Under the pieces are notes generated by a model, which worked only from the letters and a program-made list of their open reading frames with translations, was not told where the DNA came from and did not search any database. A stretch of DNA of 64,000 bases from assembly GCA_053919585.1 (NCBI GenBank), contig CM132792.1; one strand, given 5' to 3'. The translations under genes were made by a program, and so were the position numbers. The stretch is from Euprymna scolopes (lineage: Eukaryota). Positions 22,560-35,343 of this stretch are shown here, in pieces. How positions within the stretch are numbered: the first letter of the stretch is position 1; each line of letters starts with the position of its first letter.

Positions 22560-23930
22560 CTAAGGGAATATTACATACCCGCATATGAAGTCTGCTGCTA
22601 ATGCTGATTTTTTTATGTCAAAATCCTCGGCATCTTCCTTGTAGCTTTCTCCCTCACCCCAGTATCCATTTACATAAACTCCCCCATTCCTCTTTAGGAA
22701 TTTCTCCACTTTCCCGTTATAGACGGTCTTCTCCAAAGTTTCTGCATCAAACCAGATATGACATATTTTGAGTCCAGCAATTCTCCCACTTAGGATGTCC
22801 TTCGTCCTCTCTCTAGCTTTCTCGTCCATCTCAGGAAATTCAGTGCTTAGATCTAGGACTGGTTTCCTAAGTTTTGTCTCGATTTTGCTTCTTTGAAATG
22901 TCACTTTCTTCTGCCGCTTTGTGACCAACCGTTTACTTATTTCTCTCTTCGTCTCCTCAGACTTCTTTCTTTTTGCCAGGCGGGTTTTCCGACCCATTGA
23001 TATAGCAAGAGAAATCAGTCTGTCCCTCTTTTCTAGTGGAAGACTGTCAAGGTAGTCCACAACACCGTTTTTCTGTGCTCGGATTCTACAGGAGATGTAA
23101 CAGAGTGTTGCATTGTGGGCATGGTCTTTCAAAGCACTGAACATTCCCATCACCTGTTCTGCATCAATATTGTTTAGCCTGGCTGATTCTGTCTCTTTCG
23201 TCAGGGTCTCGGTTATGTCCAGACTGAAGTACCTGTTGTACTGCTTCTCCAGCACCGTCACAGCCGTAGTGAGGCAAACTGTCATCATCTTCTTGAAGTA
23301 CTTTGCTTTGTTGATCTGCGGAAAGTCAATTTTGGATTTCATTTTGCTGAGTTTCTTTCATAGCGGAGTGTGATAACGAAAGATAATCCAGCCTCTTCTT
23401 CAGGCGACGTGGGGTGAGGTTGTGTTTTATCCGAAGAGATGAGCGGACCGTAGGAGTTTTCTTGTCAGGGGTAGCAGGTGCTGGCTCTTCAGTGGAAACG
23501 TCTAAAGGCCTACTGACTGGTTCTTCAGTTGAAACTTCATTGTTGAGATGGAGGTGCTCTTGACCTGAAATAGAAATAGGAATCTTCAATGACTTTGACT
23601 GGACCTTGACATATTTCATTTATAAAGTTAATAAATCGAGAGACTTTTAAAAACACTACTTACAGATACTGCTTGATGAAACAGGTGTGGATGACACTGC
23701 CTCCATGGGCTGGGGCTTCACTAAAGTATAGGCTTCACTGCACAGGTTTGAATACTTGTTCATGCCTTTATCGGAACTGACATCTTTTATTTTCTTGGCT
23801 CTATTCAATAGGGACTGGATTTGAGCATATGTAATCGAATTTTTCAATACATCGGTAATTCTTTTTTGGCACGTCAGGACGCCAGCTCGCCAAAAAGTAT
23901 GCTACGCACAAAATTTCATTTCGTCAGTTG
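22560..23930 (-). pseudogene. Spliced, internally deleted gene of an unclassified DNA transposon (transposase-like C-terminus)
   Basis: The 260-aa ORF has SARLNNIDAEQVMGMF...NAT (NxxxE-type motif). The upstream ORFs are joined by a phase-consistent GT-AG intron at 23565-23663. Flanks look like DNA-transposon subterminal sequence. Confidence 0.5.
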
Positions 23931-24261
23931 TTTTTACAACTTTCTATAGAAAAAAAAAAACAACTTATTTTTACATTTATATCTCACGAATAAACATAAA
24001 ATTATATTTTAAAAACCGTGTTTATTATTTTTAAAATCAAACAATGGAGTTGAAGTCAATGTTTTCGATTGTAAAACTAACCTATGTTTTTGATAAATTT
24101 CTGTGTGGCATACTCAGGAATTATTTTTTCTAAAGAATAAAATTGAATAAAGTTTATTTTTACAGGAATGTTTAGACATTTACCTAGCAAATAAGCATAA
24201 AAATATATAGGAAAAACCGCGTTTAATATTTAAAAAAAAAATCAAAATTATACACCAGGTA

Positions 24262-24435
24262 TGAAGTTGGGTTTGGGTAAGGAGTGCTACGACTTTGTAC
24301 CCTTCTCTCACTGGCCTACTCTCGTCCCCTGACCTGAACCTGCTGGACTATTTGGTGTGGTCATATGTTGAGAACATCATCAACATAACCTCCCACAGTA
24401 CCAAGGCCAGCCTGATCGCAGACATCCGCTGAGCT
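24262..24435 (+). pseudogene. Tc1/mariner (maT-like) transposase C-terminal fragment
   Basis: Translates, with a frameshift, to ...FVPFSHWP/SSPDLNLLDYLVWSYVEN...KASLIADIR (SPDLNPLDY motif). Confidence 0.75.
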
Positions 24436-24443
24436 CTTGCCAG

Positions 24444-25289
24444 TACTTTCTACCTAACTGGATATGTTTTTAGTGTTTTTATTTAATGTTACATGTTTAT
24501 TCAGCTCGAAAAACATAATGTTTACCGATGTATTGGAAAATTAAAAATGGCGGCCGGCTCTCTCTTTGACACGGTAAGTTTGGGAAAAGGAGTTAAAAAT
24601 AAAAAAATATGCAAAGTACTGTTAAAAACCCACCGAATATATGTCAGCCTATGTCAAATAAGTGTTATTATTTATGTCCAGATCATTCTCTGCACTAATA
24701 CCAAAACTTCTTAAAAATGTAAACTTAAAAAAATATTTACTGTTTTGACCACTTTATATGTTATCTCCCACCCCCTAAAAAAAAACTAAAAAGTATTTGT
24801 GCGCAATAAATATCTAAATTAAATGTAATGTTTACAAATACTTTCATTACGAGGACGGAATTTCTAAAAAATGTAAACATAAAAAAATGTAAACGCAAAA
24901 TGTCCGCAGAGACACGTGCCGAAAACGAGGCAAGCTCCTTTCCCCTAAAATATGCGCGAACTATAATTTGAAAACGAGGCTTCTCTCTGCGAAGAAGAAG
25001 GGGGGGGAGTAGTAATTTAGGCCATTTTGAATTCTTACGACTCGTAAAAAGTTAATATTTGGTATGAAATAAACAGCGTCTAAAACTACTTAAAAACACT
25101 AATAAATGATTTAGGTAGGTTGCAAAGTAGCTTTTATAGCTACTGTTAATATTTCTTTGTTGTATATTTTAATTTTTGATCACTTTTTCGAATCTATGTG
25201 TACAGTAATACAAACCCGTTTTTCGAGCTGAATAAACATGTTACATTAAATATAAACATTAAAAACATATCCAGTTAGGTAGAAAAGTA
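24444..25289. repeat. Inverted repeat pair (~70-bp arms)
   Basis: 24444-24513 is the imperfect reverse complement of 25220-25289. A third related copy lies at ~26270-26345. Confidence 0.75.
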
Positions 25290-25374
25290 ACTTATCTTGC
25301 CTTTGATAACATTTATTTGTTCTATATTTGTTTTGTGACAACTTTTTCGAATCTGTGTACAGTAAAACAAACCC

Positions 25375-26137
25375 ATTTGTTTTTTATAGGTAATTGAGGT
25401 CGCTGACAACGAATCTGATAGTCAAACTTGGGGCAAATTTATCGTTTGCATGGTATTAACCCCTGAACTCATGAACTACTTTCCACCATTTTGCAGCTTC
25501 CGTTTATGCTTCGCGCATGCGCTGTAGCATAAACGACGGCTTCACCAAGCAAACTGCCTTCTCACATAGCGTATCAATCAAAAAATTACGGACTGACATT
25601 TTTTAATGACTTACAATTGAAGAATAGTACAATAAATTGGGGGACCTTTTTTTTTTTTTTATGCGGTTTACAAAAACATAAGCCCCAAACATTTTTATGT
25701 CTTTCGTTTTTTTTTTTTTTTGTGGGAGGAGGATTCAATTATAGAACTTTATGTGGCTTAATGGGTGCTTCTGCAGTTTTAGTTAACCGTTTTTCTGTAA
25801 GTAATGCACCGACATTTACCAATTAGAACACCATTTAACATTTTTCGAAGATTTTACTGTTTACATTGGGGGTGCAGGAAAAAAAAAAAAAAATTAAATT
25901 TCATCTAATTTCAAATTTTCCGCGGAAGATTTGTATGCTATGTGAGAAGGAAGTTTGCTTGTTGAAGCCGTCATTTATGCTACAGCGCGCGCATGTGTGT
26001 AGCGTAAATGGAAGCTGCTAAATGGTGGAAAGTAGTTTGTGGGTTCAGGGGTTAATACCATGCAAATGGTAAATTTGCCCCAAGTTTGACTATCAGATTC
26101 GTTGTCAGCGACCTCAATTACCTGTAAAAAAACAAAT
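25375..26137. mobile_element. Foldback/MITE with ~200-bp inverted arms
   Basis: 25375-25573 is the reverse complement of 25934-26137 (ggtaattgaggtcgctgacaacgaatctgatagtcaaacttggggcaaattt...). The spacer matches 31024-31150 and 31234-31338. Confidence 0.85.
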
Positions 26138-26685
26138 TAGAGTGGTCGGTGTTCTGTTGTAGCGTATCTGGATATTTACCATATTTTTTTATTTTTAAGT
26201 CATTAATCTGAACTATTTAAGTGTCAATTCGCGGCCATTTTTATTGTTCTCACCCAATGCTCGACAGTCTTTTTCGAACTGAATAAACATTTTAAAGTGA
26301 GTAAAACCACAAAAATCTTTTCCAAATAGGTAGAAGAGTAACTTATCTTGCCTTTTCATGACATTTATTTGTTATATATTTCAATTTTTTATCGCTTTTT
26401 TGTATCTCTGTGTATTGTAAAACAAACCTAGCAATCTACAATATAGAAAAAAAAAATGCCGAATAATTTCTAACACCACAATTGACCAATATTTATGAGG
26501 GATCTGCGTGTGAAACACATTTGCGCCATCCACAACTACTTGAAAGAGAGGATGATGCACTGTCGGAGTAGATGAAAGTCTGTTTTCATAAAAAAAACAA
26601 AACAAAAAAACAAACAGGAAAAAACAAAACATAACACTGAACATATACGTGCCAACTGAGGTTTGGCAACGAGATGGCCATCAAA

Positions 26686-26724
<39 letters not shown>

Positions 26725-27433
26725 GACCGTTCCTAGCAAGAAATGTTGCAGCGCGCTTTTATTTTTGCGACCAAGACATATAATTATCTCTAATTGTTGC
26801 TGGCGTATCTATAATTGCTTAGGAGCAGAGGGATTCTGTCATTGCATGTAAGTATAATTTTATTGATCCCATTAAAGGTGCCGTGACATACCACTTGGAA
26901 AAGATGTGGCAGGAAGAAGCGAAAAACGCGATACCGTTCTGATTAAGACCAGTGTTGTGCCAACCAACTGAGATTTTCAAAACCCGCTAGATTGGGGACA
27001 TAAAATCTCTAGATTTTTTTACTTTTCGTAACAGAGATTTTGAAAACCCGCTACTAGATTAACAAGAAAAGTCTCCAAAGAAAAAAGGAACATTAGATTT
27101 TAAGTTTGTACCTTATATATAAATTTAGTCGTTATGCAGAGCATGCTTTTTAGACATGAATTTAAAGTTAACTTCAATTTTTACGGTATCTTTTGTTTAT
27201 TAAATTGTTAGGTAAAAGTTCAGAATAGTTAACAAAAAGCCCATCCTCCCACGTTAAGAATAGGTTTCTAAATAATGAATAATAATGCTATTTCAGTGGA
27301 ATCAGTATTCTGCATAAGTACCATACATTTACGAATATAAAAATATTGGTACTAGTGCACTTAAAGCAATGTCAGAAATCATCAGTAAAAATTCATGGTA
27401 AACACTGGAATATTTAGACTTACTGTCTTTCGA

Positions 27434-27751
27434 AGCTTATAACTTCTTGAAAAATGTAATTCAAATCCTAACTTCTTTTTTTAATTAAAGGAGCAAAGAC
27501 CAAATTTTAAAAAAAATAACAGGTTTAATAGCAAATTATGCAATTTTTGTTTTTTTTTAAATTGGTTTTCCTTAAAAAAAAAAAACGAAATTTTACTTCT
27601 TTCGATTATAAAAAAATGTATATAAATTCCAAAAAATTACTTACCTATAAAAACTAGTATTCGATGAGTAGTTCAATTGTTCATTGTTAAGAATTTATCC
27701 ATATTTATACTTATATTCCATGTCCTTTTTAAATAAAATACTTTTTTAAAC
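27434..27751 (+). repeat. Dispersed AT-rich repeat, second copy at ~33052-33382
   Basis: Both copies begin agcttataact(t/a)cttgaaaaatgtaattcaaa and align over ~320 bp. Confidence 0.8.
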
Positions 27752-29536
27752 AAGGATTAAAAACAAACGCAAACTTTTTAACTGTTCATATAAAGGGAGA
27801 CAAGTCTGATTTTATTTGCCTTTATATTCTGGCACATTGAAGGGGCATAATTTATGTCTTTTTAATGCGTGCTGTAAACAAAATTTAGTATTTCGGTCCT
27901 CCGTACTTAAAAACCGAATATATTCACTTATAAGTTTTTATTGTTAAACAAAAAAACCAGTTGACCGATTTAAAAAATTTTTTTTTTTTATTCTCTTAAT
28001 GAAATACATGAGTTTTTGATTGATATATTTTAATACTTTATTGACTGAATGTTTATATCTAAAAAAAGAAAACATTGAATGAAATAGAAAAAATTGTAAG
28101 CATCCCATATTTACTTAACATTCTAAACATAACAAGCTTCCACTTGAAAAAAAAATTCAATGTGGTTTTAAAAAAAAAAAAGAAAGGTTTTACACTGGAC
28201 TTTACAGGTAAATTTAAAAAAAACTATCCTTTTTTTTTGTTTTAAATTAGAATATTTTATTTATTGATCTTTTATCTTCAATTTGTGATATATTAAACTT
28301 TGGTACATAAATTATTAAAATTTTAATAGACATTTCAAAATGGGGAGGGTGAATTTAAAAAAAAAACGTTTGTCGAAAATATTATATTTGGTTTATTGGA
28401 AAGAACATAAAATTTCATATTGACCCTGAAAATATCTTAAAAATTGAAAAATATTTAACTCGTAAAATTCAATGATTTTATTATGTAAAAAAAAATGGCT
28501 GCATGAAGGCGCGCCGGCACTTTGTAAACACTTTTTTAATAAATAAAAAAATATTTCTATTATTTTTTAAACAATTTTAATAGTTCATTTTGGAAGTATA
28601 TTCCATAAAGAAAATAAACAACCCACTTTAAAAAGAGAAATTACGAGTTTTTTATATTTTATTTGCAGTTTTGTGTTAGGGGTGTCAAAAATTACCTCAA
28701 AATTCTGATACACCTAGTGCACTTATTGATCCATGCTGAAATAATAACATTATTATTTAAAAAGCCATTCTTAACATGGGGAGGGTGTTGTGTACCAATC
28801 CTATACTATATATACAATTGAATAAAAAAATACACGTCTCTCCCTCTCTTTTTCTCTCTCTCTCTCTCAGACATATACATTCAATAAATTGTTTCTGTTC
28901 CTTGTCGAATAATAAATTGTTGTAAATTTTAATTTACAGAGTTTAGATAAAAAGTTACTTGACAATAACAAAAAAATGAAAATATCGAAAAAAAAAAGGT
29001 TATATTATACGCATCTGTTTTGAGCTGAAGATCTCCGGAAAAAAAAAAAATTTCACTTAATTTGATCGAGAATTTTTTTTTTTTTTTTTTTTACACCGCG
29101 GAAAAACACGTTTTTATGAGAACGCGTTGAAGGCAGAGTTCTTGGATTCTTTAAAACTTTTCTTTGGAGTTTAGAAACGCGACGGGGAGATAACTCCAGT
29201 TAAAGCTCCGACACTCCCTCCCTATCTTTAATACTCGTTTTTCTTCCTAAAAATCGAACCTTTTGCTCGGTATCATAACATTAAATTAAAAAAAAAAAAC
29301 TACTTGATGAAATAAAGTAAAATTTTTTTTTTTCTTTTCTTTCGGAGAACTTCATTCTATAGCGGATACGTACAATTTAAACTTTTTCCCAATATTTTCA
29401 TTTTTTTAATGTCTTGATTAAACTGTACAAGTACCAAAAAAATTCAATTTTTTCTTTCTTGTATGCCTTCCAACAGTCTGACGACCGTGGTGCCCGGCAG
29501 AATATATGGTGCTAATATACTGTTTTATTAACTGCA

Positions 29537-29990
29537 TCCCGGTTTCGTACACTCACCAATGTTATATTATGAATAAGCGTATAGTGGCGAGAAGGAATAA
29601 GACAAACAATATAGATATAAAATTTAAATGATTGATTTCTCATCGTTTATTTATAAAAATTAAACTTAGCGAGAAAGTAAAAAGTAAACAAAGTGTTCAA
29701 AGTTCGTAAGGATGATGCACGCGAGAGTGGATTTTTAACGTCGGGAAGGGATCCGACGGAGCCGATAATTATCCCATGCTGTAGATTTGCTGTGAGTCTG
29801 AGCGACTGACCTTTGTTGCAATGGCTAGAGTTTTTATAGTGGCGGCGCGGACGTAGTTGAAGACAAACAGAAGTTTGGTCATTGGCCTCAGCTTTGCTTT
29901 TTAAATGTGTTTGTTTTATGTGGTTTGACGCATTGTAGGGAATCGTCTGTTTGGTGTATGTATGCATGTGTTATATCGATTTAAAGCTGG
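29537..29990 (-). mobile_element. Truncated LTR with PBS, related to the solo LTR at 4352-5573
   Basis: Starts tgttatattatgaataagcgtatagtggcgag at 29560, similar to 4352, and shares cgcggacgtagttg(a/t)agacaaac. A TGGTGAGTGTACGAAACCGGG PBS-like tract abuts it on the minus strand. The right boundary is uncertain. Confidence 0.6.
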
Positions 29991-30254
29991 GAAAGTTGAG
30001 GATGTAACCTAGTCAATGTTGTATTGTTGCAATGTTTCGTGTATTACTTATTTGCGTTAATATGCTGCCTGAGTTGTGTTTATTGCGATGCTTATGTTTT
30101 ATATTTTGTTTTTTTTTTCTTTTGCTGTGCAGCCTTATCTGGCGGTTTTCTTGGTTGAAATGATGTGCAGCCTATTCTATTGCTGTGTGTATATGAAAAA
30201 ATGTGCTTTGAAGTTGTCGTGTGTATGTTTTCTGCGATTGAATACTGCCGCGTC

Positions 30255-30680
30255 TATTCCACCGTATGGCCTGGGTCCCCTACCTCCGGGGATTTCTGAG
30301 AAAATATTCTTCACAGATGTCTCTCAGGAAATTTTTCCAATCGGCGATGGTGTGTGATGACCTTAAACCGCATTCGCGTTGGAGGTCTTTTTTCGTGGCT
30401 CGCTGGTAGGCCCACAGGTAAATGATTTTGATAATTGTTGCTATTGTAAGCCTGAACTTGGCGAAAATGTGCCAGTGAATCATACGTTCGGCAATTGCTA
30501 GCCTGACACCTCCAGGCATAGCCATTGCTGACTTTTGCTCTTCTCATAAGCTGACAGCTGTCTGCATGACAAACACGTTTTCGACCTTGCCAGTAATTTT
30601 TTTTGTTGGCAAAAATCCAGTACAATTGCTGGGCTTTTGAGTTGGTCCTATAAAGATGTGAAATTCATATTTTTTTACAC
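30255..30680 (-). pseudogene. Merlin transposase N-terminal remnant (copy C)
   Basis: YAWRCQASNC...IIYLWA...SHTIADWKNFLRDICEEYFLRNP followed by a GPGHTVE-like sequence. Confidence 0.85.
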
Positions 30681-31568
30681 TTTTTTTTTTTTTCCTGCCC
30701 TGAATTTAATAATTTGTGCGTCTTTCCGTAAATGTAGGAATTGGTGTTTTTTTACTTTTTCTTTTTTCTTTTCTTCCTCTTCTAAATTGTCGTCTGCTGC
30801 TTTGAATTTGCAACGTGCGCCGCGTTGAAAAACATCACGCCTCATTTTTAGTGGCTCAGCTTTATGTTACGGTGACACTCGGCTTACTCTGGCTGTTGAC
30901 GTCAGTGTTCCGGTGACAGCCGAGCAGTCGCTGAGTTACGTCCAGATCACTCTCTGCACTAGTACCAAATTGTTTAAAACAAAATTTTTAAAAGTATACT
31001 GTAGGGCAGGGGGGGGGGTATAAAACTTGTGTGGCTTAACAGGTGCTTCTGCAGTTTAATTAACCATTTTCCCATAAGTAACACACCAACATTTACCGAT
31101 TAGAATACATTTTAATATTTTTAGGAGATTTTACTGTTTTCTGTTTACATTGGGAGAGGAGATGGGTGTTGTGTTGGTGCACACGCCCCAACACCACCCT
31201 CGCCTCCTCCCCCAATGTAAACAGAAAAAGGTATTTCTGCAATTTAATTAACCGTTTTTCCGTAAGTAACGCGCCAACATTTATCCATTAGAACACCATT
31301 TAACATTTTTAGGAGATTTTACTGTTTACATGGGGGGAGGAGGCGCCTTTTTTTTTTTTTATGAACTGTTTTATTCTTTTTATCAAACAAAAATAGAACT
31401 TTTATAATGATATATAAATAAAACTTCTAAAAAATAAATTTAAAAAAAAAGTTCATTCTATGCAGTTTTGGTCACCGTAGCTAAAAATATGTCGGACGTC
31501 ACTTCCGCTAAATGGCTTTGTAAACAAAAGAAGACGAAACTTCAACTTAACCAAATAGTCCTTCAGGG

Positions 31569-32995
31569 CAGGCATGTCAAATTCAGCCCCCTACTACTAC
31601 TGGACTCAGCTTGTGCTGGCATGAGGGCCGCACCCTACGATATTAATCAAAGTCGTTAAATAAAAATCATTGCTGAATATGTTTCTTTTACCGTTAATTT
31701 AGAAACATGCAATAGTTTGGTCATATTCAAGAATGCAAGTTAAAAGTACTTGTAGCTTAACAAAAGAATATAACAAAGGAAATTAGCATGATATATAAAT
31801 CTGTTCTTTATTTCGATATAACGGAAATTTAAAAAGCAACATACATAGCAACAAATGCAATGCACATAAATTATAATAATTAAAAATGAACATTTATTAT
31901 CAAGTACTCAAACATGTTTTGTGTTTTGTCCTGAGGTTTCACACCTTGTTCTTGACAAACTTTGGTATGTCTGGCTGAAGTTTCTGTGTATTTCCGAGCT
32001 TTACTTGAGAAGATAAGTATTTGTCAGTTAACCTAGTTCTTTAAGAAGTCTTTATTAATTTCATGAAAGAAAATAATTGTTCGCACAAATGGGTGGAACC
32101 AAATATTGCCACGATCCGTGTGACAAACTTTCTGAAATTTATAAACCTTTTCGGAAGGTATGAAAAGAAATCAAGTATTCCCACTTCAAAATACTTAGCT
32201 CTGAGTAAAGAATCTGACTGCATTTCTAACAGTTCCATTTGTACGCTTTCGTTTGCCTTAGTAACATCAAAAGTAAACGGCACTGTGAATAATGCAAACT
32301 CTTGCTAAAAATATGAGAAATCACAAAATCTTTTTTGAAACACCTTTGACAATGATTCCAGGTGACTGTCATACTTGGCAAAACTTAGTGTTGACTTAGT
32401 ACTATTGTTTTAGCGCTTTGCACATAGGAAAATGAATTAAATTTTCATTTGAGACTTGTGACTCCCATAATCTCAACTTTGTAATGAAGCATTTGACGTC
32501 ATCATACAACTGAGTGATGAGGCTTGTTTTTACCTTGTAATTTCAAATTGAGATCGTTTAATTGTGCTGTAATGTCCATGGCAAAAGCCAGATCCTGGAG
32601 CCAACTTTCATCTTTCATTTCATGAGTATTTCCACCTTTCATCTCCAAAAAAAGTGATTATTTCTTGTCTTAACAAATAAAATCTTTTCAACACTTTGTG
32701 ACATGACAACCAGCGTACATCTGTGTAGAATGGAACATTGGTGAACTGATTATCCATATCTTCTAACTGATTGAATTGACGGTGGTTAAGAGAACGACCT
32801 GATATAGTTCAGTCTTTATTACTAAACTAAGCACATGATCCAATTTAAAAAATTTTAAACACAAATTTTGTTGATGAATAATACAGTGGAAATGTGTGAA
32901 TGACAAATCCGGATGTAAATTCTTTATTTTTGCTTGTAACTTGGCAGCAACACCATTATGTCTGCCAACCATATTCGCTGCACTAGCAGTATCAG
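31569..32995 (-). mobile_element. Degenerate hAT (Charlie/GTF2IRD2-like), 3' part
   Basis: CAGGCATGTCAAA terminus; HFHCIIHQQNLC, DVRWLS and FGSTHLCEQLFS with multiple frameshifts. Confidence 0.85.
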
Positions 32996-33502
32996 AAACC
33001 GATCTTAAGAATGCGTGAAAAAAAAATTGAATAATTCGACGTATCTTTACCAGCTTATAACTACTTGAAAAATGTAATTCAAACCCTATTTTTTTTTTTT
33101 TTCAATTAAAGTAGTAAAGACCAAATTTTAAAAAAATAACAGGTTTAATAGCAAATTATGCAATATTTGTTTTTTAAATCGGTTTTCTTTAAAAAAAGAT
33201 TTGAAGAAAATCAATGAAATTTTACTTCGATTATAAAAATTCGATATAAATTCTAAAAAAAAAAAAATCACTTACCTATAAAAATACTATTGAATGTGTA
33301 GTTCAATTCTTCATTGTTCAGAATTTATCCATATTTATATTTTAAATTCCATTTATTTTTTAAATAAAAGAATTTTTTAAACGATTATTTGAAAACAATC
33401 TTCAAGCGACGCTTACAGGGTAGGTCAGTTCAAGGCTATCCGTGTGTTAAAAAAACTGAAGTTTTGGGCAGGGTATACACTGTGCATCCAAATCATTTTT
33501 AA

Positions 33503-34740
33503 TGCTTCTGTTTGAGACCTGCTTCTACATTATGTTAGAGGTCCACAGAACTTTAATGACCTAAAAACTATCAGTGGTCAAATTATGAACACATTCAGAG
33601 ATGCATGTGCTGCACAGAGACTGCTTGATGATGATAACCACTGGGATGCTACATTATAGGAAGCATCTACATCTGTCTCGGCACATAATTTGAGACATTT
33701 GTTTGCTTTCATGTTAACTACCTGTGTAGTGTCTTATCCAACATGACTTTGGCATACAAACAAAGAAGCATTTAGTGGAGATTTCCTTCTTGGGGAACGC
33801 AAGCAACATCCTTAGGCTGATATAACTTTTACAGACAAAATCTTCAATACTGCTCTGGTTCATGAATGGTAAAACACTGACAGATTTGGGTCTTACCTCA
33901 CCTGATAGATCTAATACACATCCTATTGTTACTGCTTGGACACGTGAAATTACCTATCAACCACATGAGCAAGCATCAATTGTTTGGGACGGTATTGCAA
34001 AACTAAATAGTAAGCAAATTCATGTTTTTCGAACTGTAGTTAATACTATTGAAGATCAGCAAGGTGGCCTTATATTCCTTGATGCACCAGGAGGAACAGG
34101 AAAGACATTTGTTAATAAGTTAATTCTTGCAAAAGTTAGGTCAGAAGGAAAAATAGCTGTAGCTGTGGCATCATCGGATATTGCAGCAACCCTTCTTCCT
34201 GGTGGTAGAACAGCTCGCTCCACATTCAAATTGCCATTATCATTAATAAAAGATTCTATTCCAATTTGCCATATAGAATGAGGATCAGATTCAGCTAAAA
34301 TTTTACAGAATTGTTCCTTGATCATATGGGATGATAAAGCATTTGAAGCTCTAGATAAAAAATTGCGTGATCTCAAGTCACGTGATGTTGTCATGGGTGG
34401 CATCACACTTTTATTATCTGGTGACTTCCGACAAATGCTTCCTATTGTTCCACGTGGAAGTCTTGCTTGCATTAAATTGTCATATTTGTGGGAGTACGTC
34501 AAGACTGTAACCTTATCTACAAACATGCATGTCCATCTTAATAATGACCCATTGGTTGATAAATTTGTTTCCATACGTCTACAAATTGGAAATGGCAAAA
34601 TTCCAACAGACAAACATGGTAAAATTATTACTCCAAGTATTGGATCAATTGTTTCCTCGCTTAGTAACAAAGTTTACCCAAATATAGCTGCAAACTATAA
34701 TCCTCAGTGACTAACAGAAAGAGCAATTCTAGCTTCAAAA
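33503..34740 (+). pseudogene. Helitron RepHel / PIF1-like helicase fragment
   Basis: LLHYVRGPQNFNDLKT, TFRDAC...LLDDD, Walker A FLDAPGGTGKTF, LLPGGRTA, GDFRQMLP, ERAILA; contains stops and frameshifts. Confidence 0.9.
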
Positions 34741-34794
34741 AATGAAAAAAAGTGAAAAGCTGGTTTTCCTGAAGAAGGGGAAAAATGTCTTTCT

Positions 34795-35343
34795 TGTAAA
34801 ATCCATATTTTTTGTCCAGTTGTCTTGAAATGGGCGATGATCAAGTTTTCTTTTCTTTTCGGCCATAACAAACACCAGGGCTATTCTGAAAATATAAATA
34901 GGCTTAATTACACAAACGTCAATTAACCAAATTATCCTCACCCTTGCTGTGGAAAACCATGATACATTTTAATAAAATTTGTGTACAAAAATTATGTACA
35001 GGGTGTCCCAGAAGTAGTCTAAAGGTTTTGATTAGCTTCCATTCGTGCCGCTTAACAATGAATGAATCGACAATCATCTGCAACTCGTATGACTACGTCA
35101 TCGAAGCCTGTGTGACGCCAGTACTCCTTTCTCACGGTTTCATTGGCTCCGACAGCGCATGTAGAATCAATTTTTCTTCTCCCCTTTGCTCTCGCCCATA
35201 GAATTGAATTTTGTTTAAGTTATTCTCATAATAGGCGATCCAATTCTATATTCTCGGCTATATCAGAGCTTGGGAGCTGGGGGCTCGGCGTGCCATTGAA
35301 AATTGCTTGGTGTGGCATGCGTGCCATAAGTTGCCGACCCCTG
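34795..35343 (-). mobile_element. 5' end fragment of the hAT family at 16265-20905
   Basis: MAEKKRKLDHRPFQDNWT start and TIR agttgccgacccctg at 35329-35343. Confidence 0.9.

Larger units (their letters stand above)
27348..30966 (-). mobile_element. Merlin element (second family) with nested insertions
   Basis: Termini GGTACTAGTGCA (27348) and TGCACTAGTACC (30966). Flanks aaaatatt/aaattgtt match at 6 of 8 positions. Transposase remnant at 30255-30680. Confidence 0.55.

Noticed and set aside
26950-27060. Possible hAT terminus (cagtgttgtgccaacc) with subterminal repeats
   Set aside because: No partner TIR or TSD was located in the window.
34056-34670. Long antisense ORFs (also 2095-2550, 11900-12283, 46192-46611, 53508-53903)
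   Set aside because: These are shadow frames opposite recognisable TE coding sequence, with no motifs of their own.
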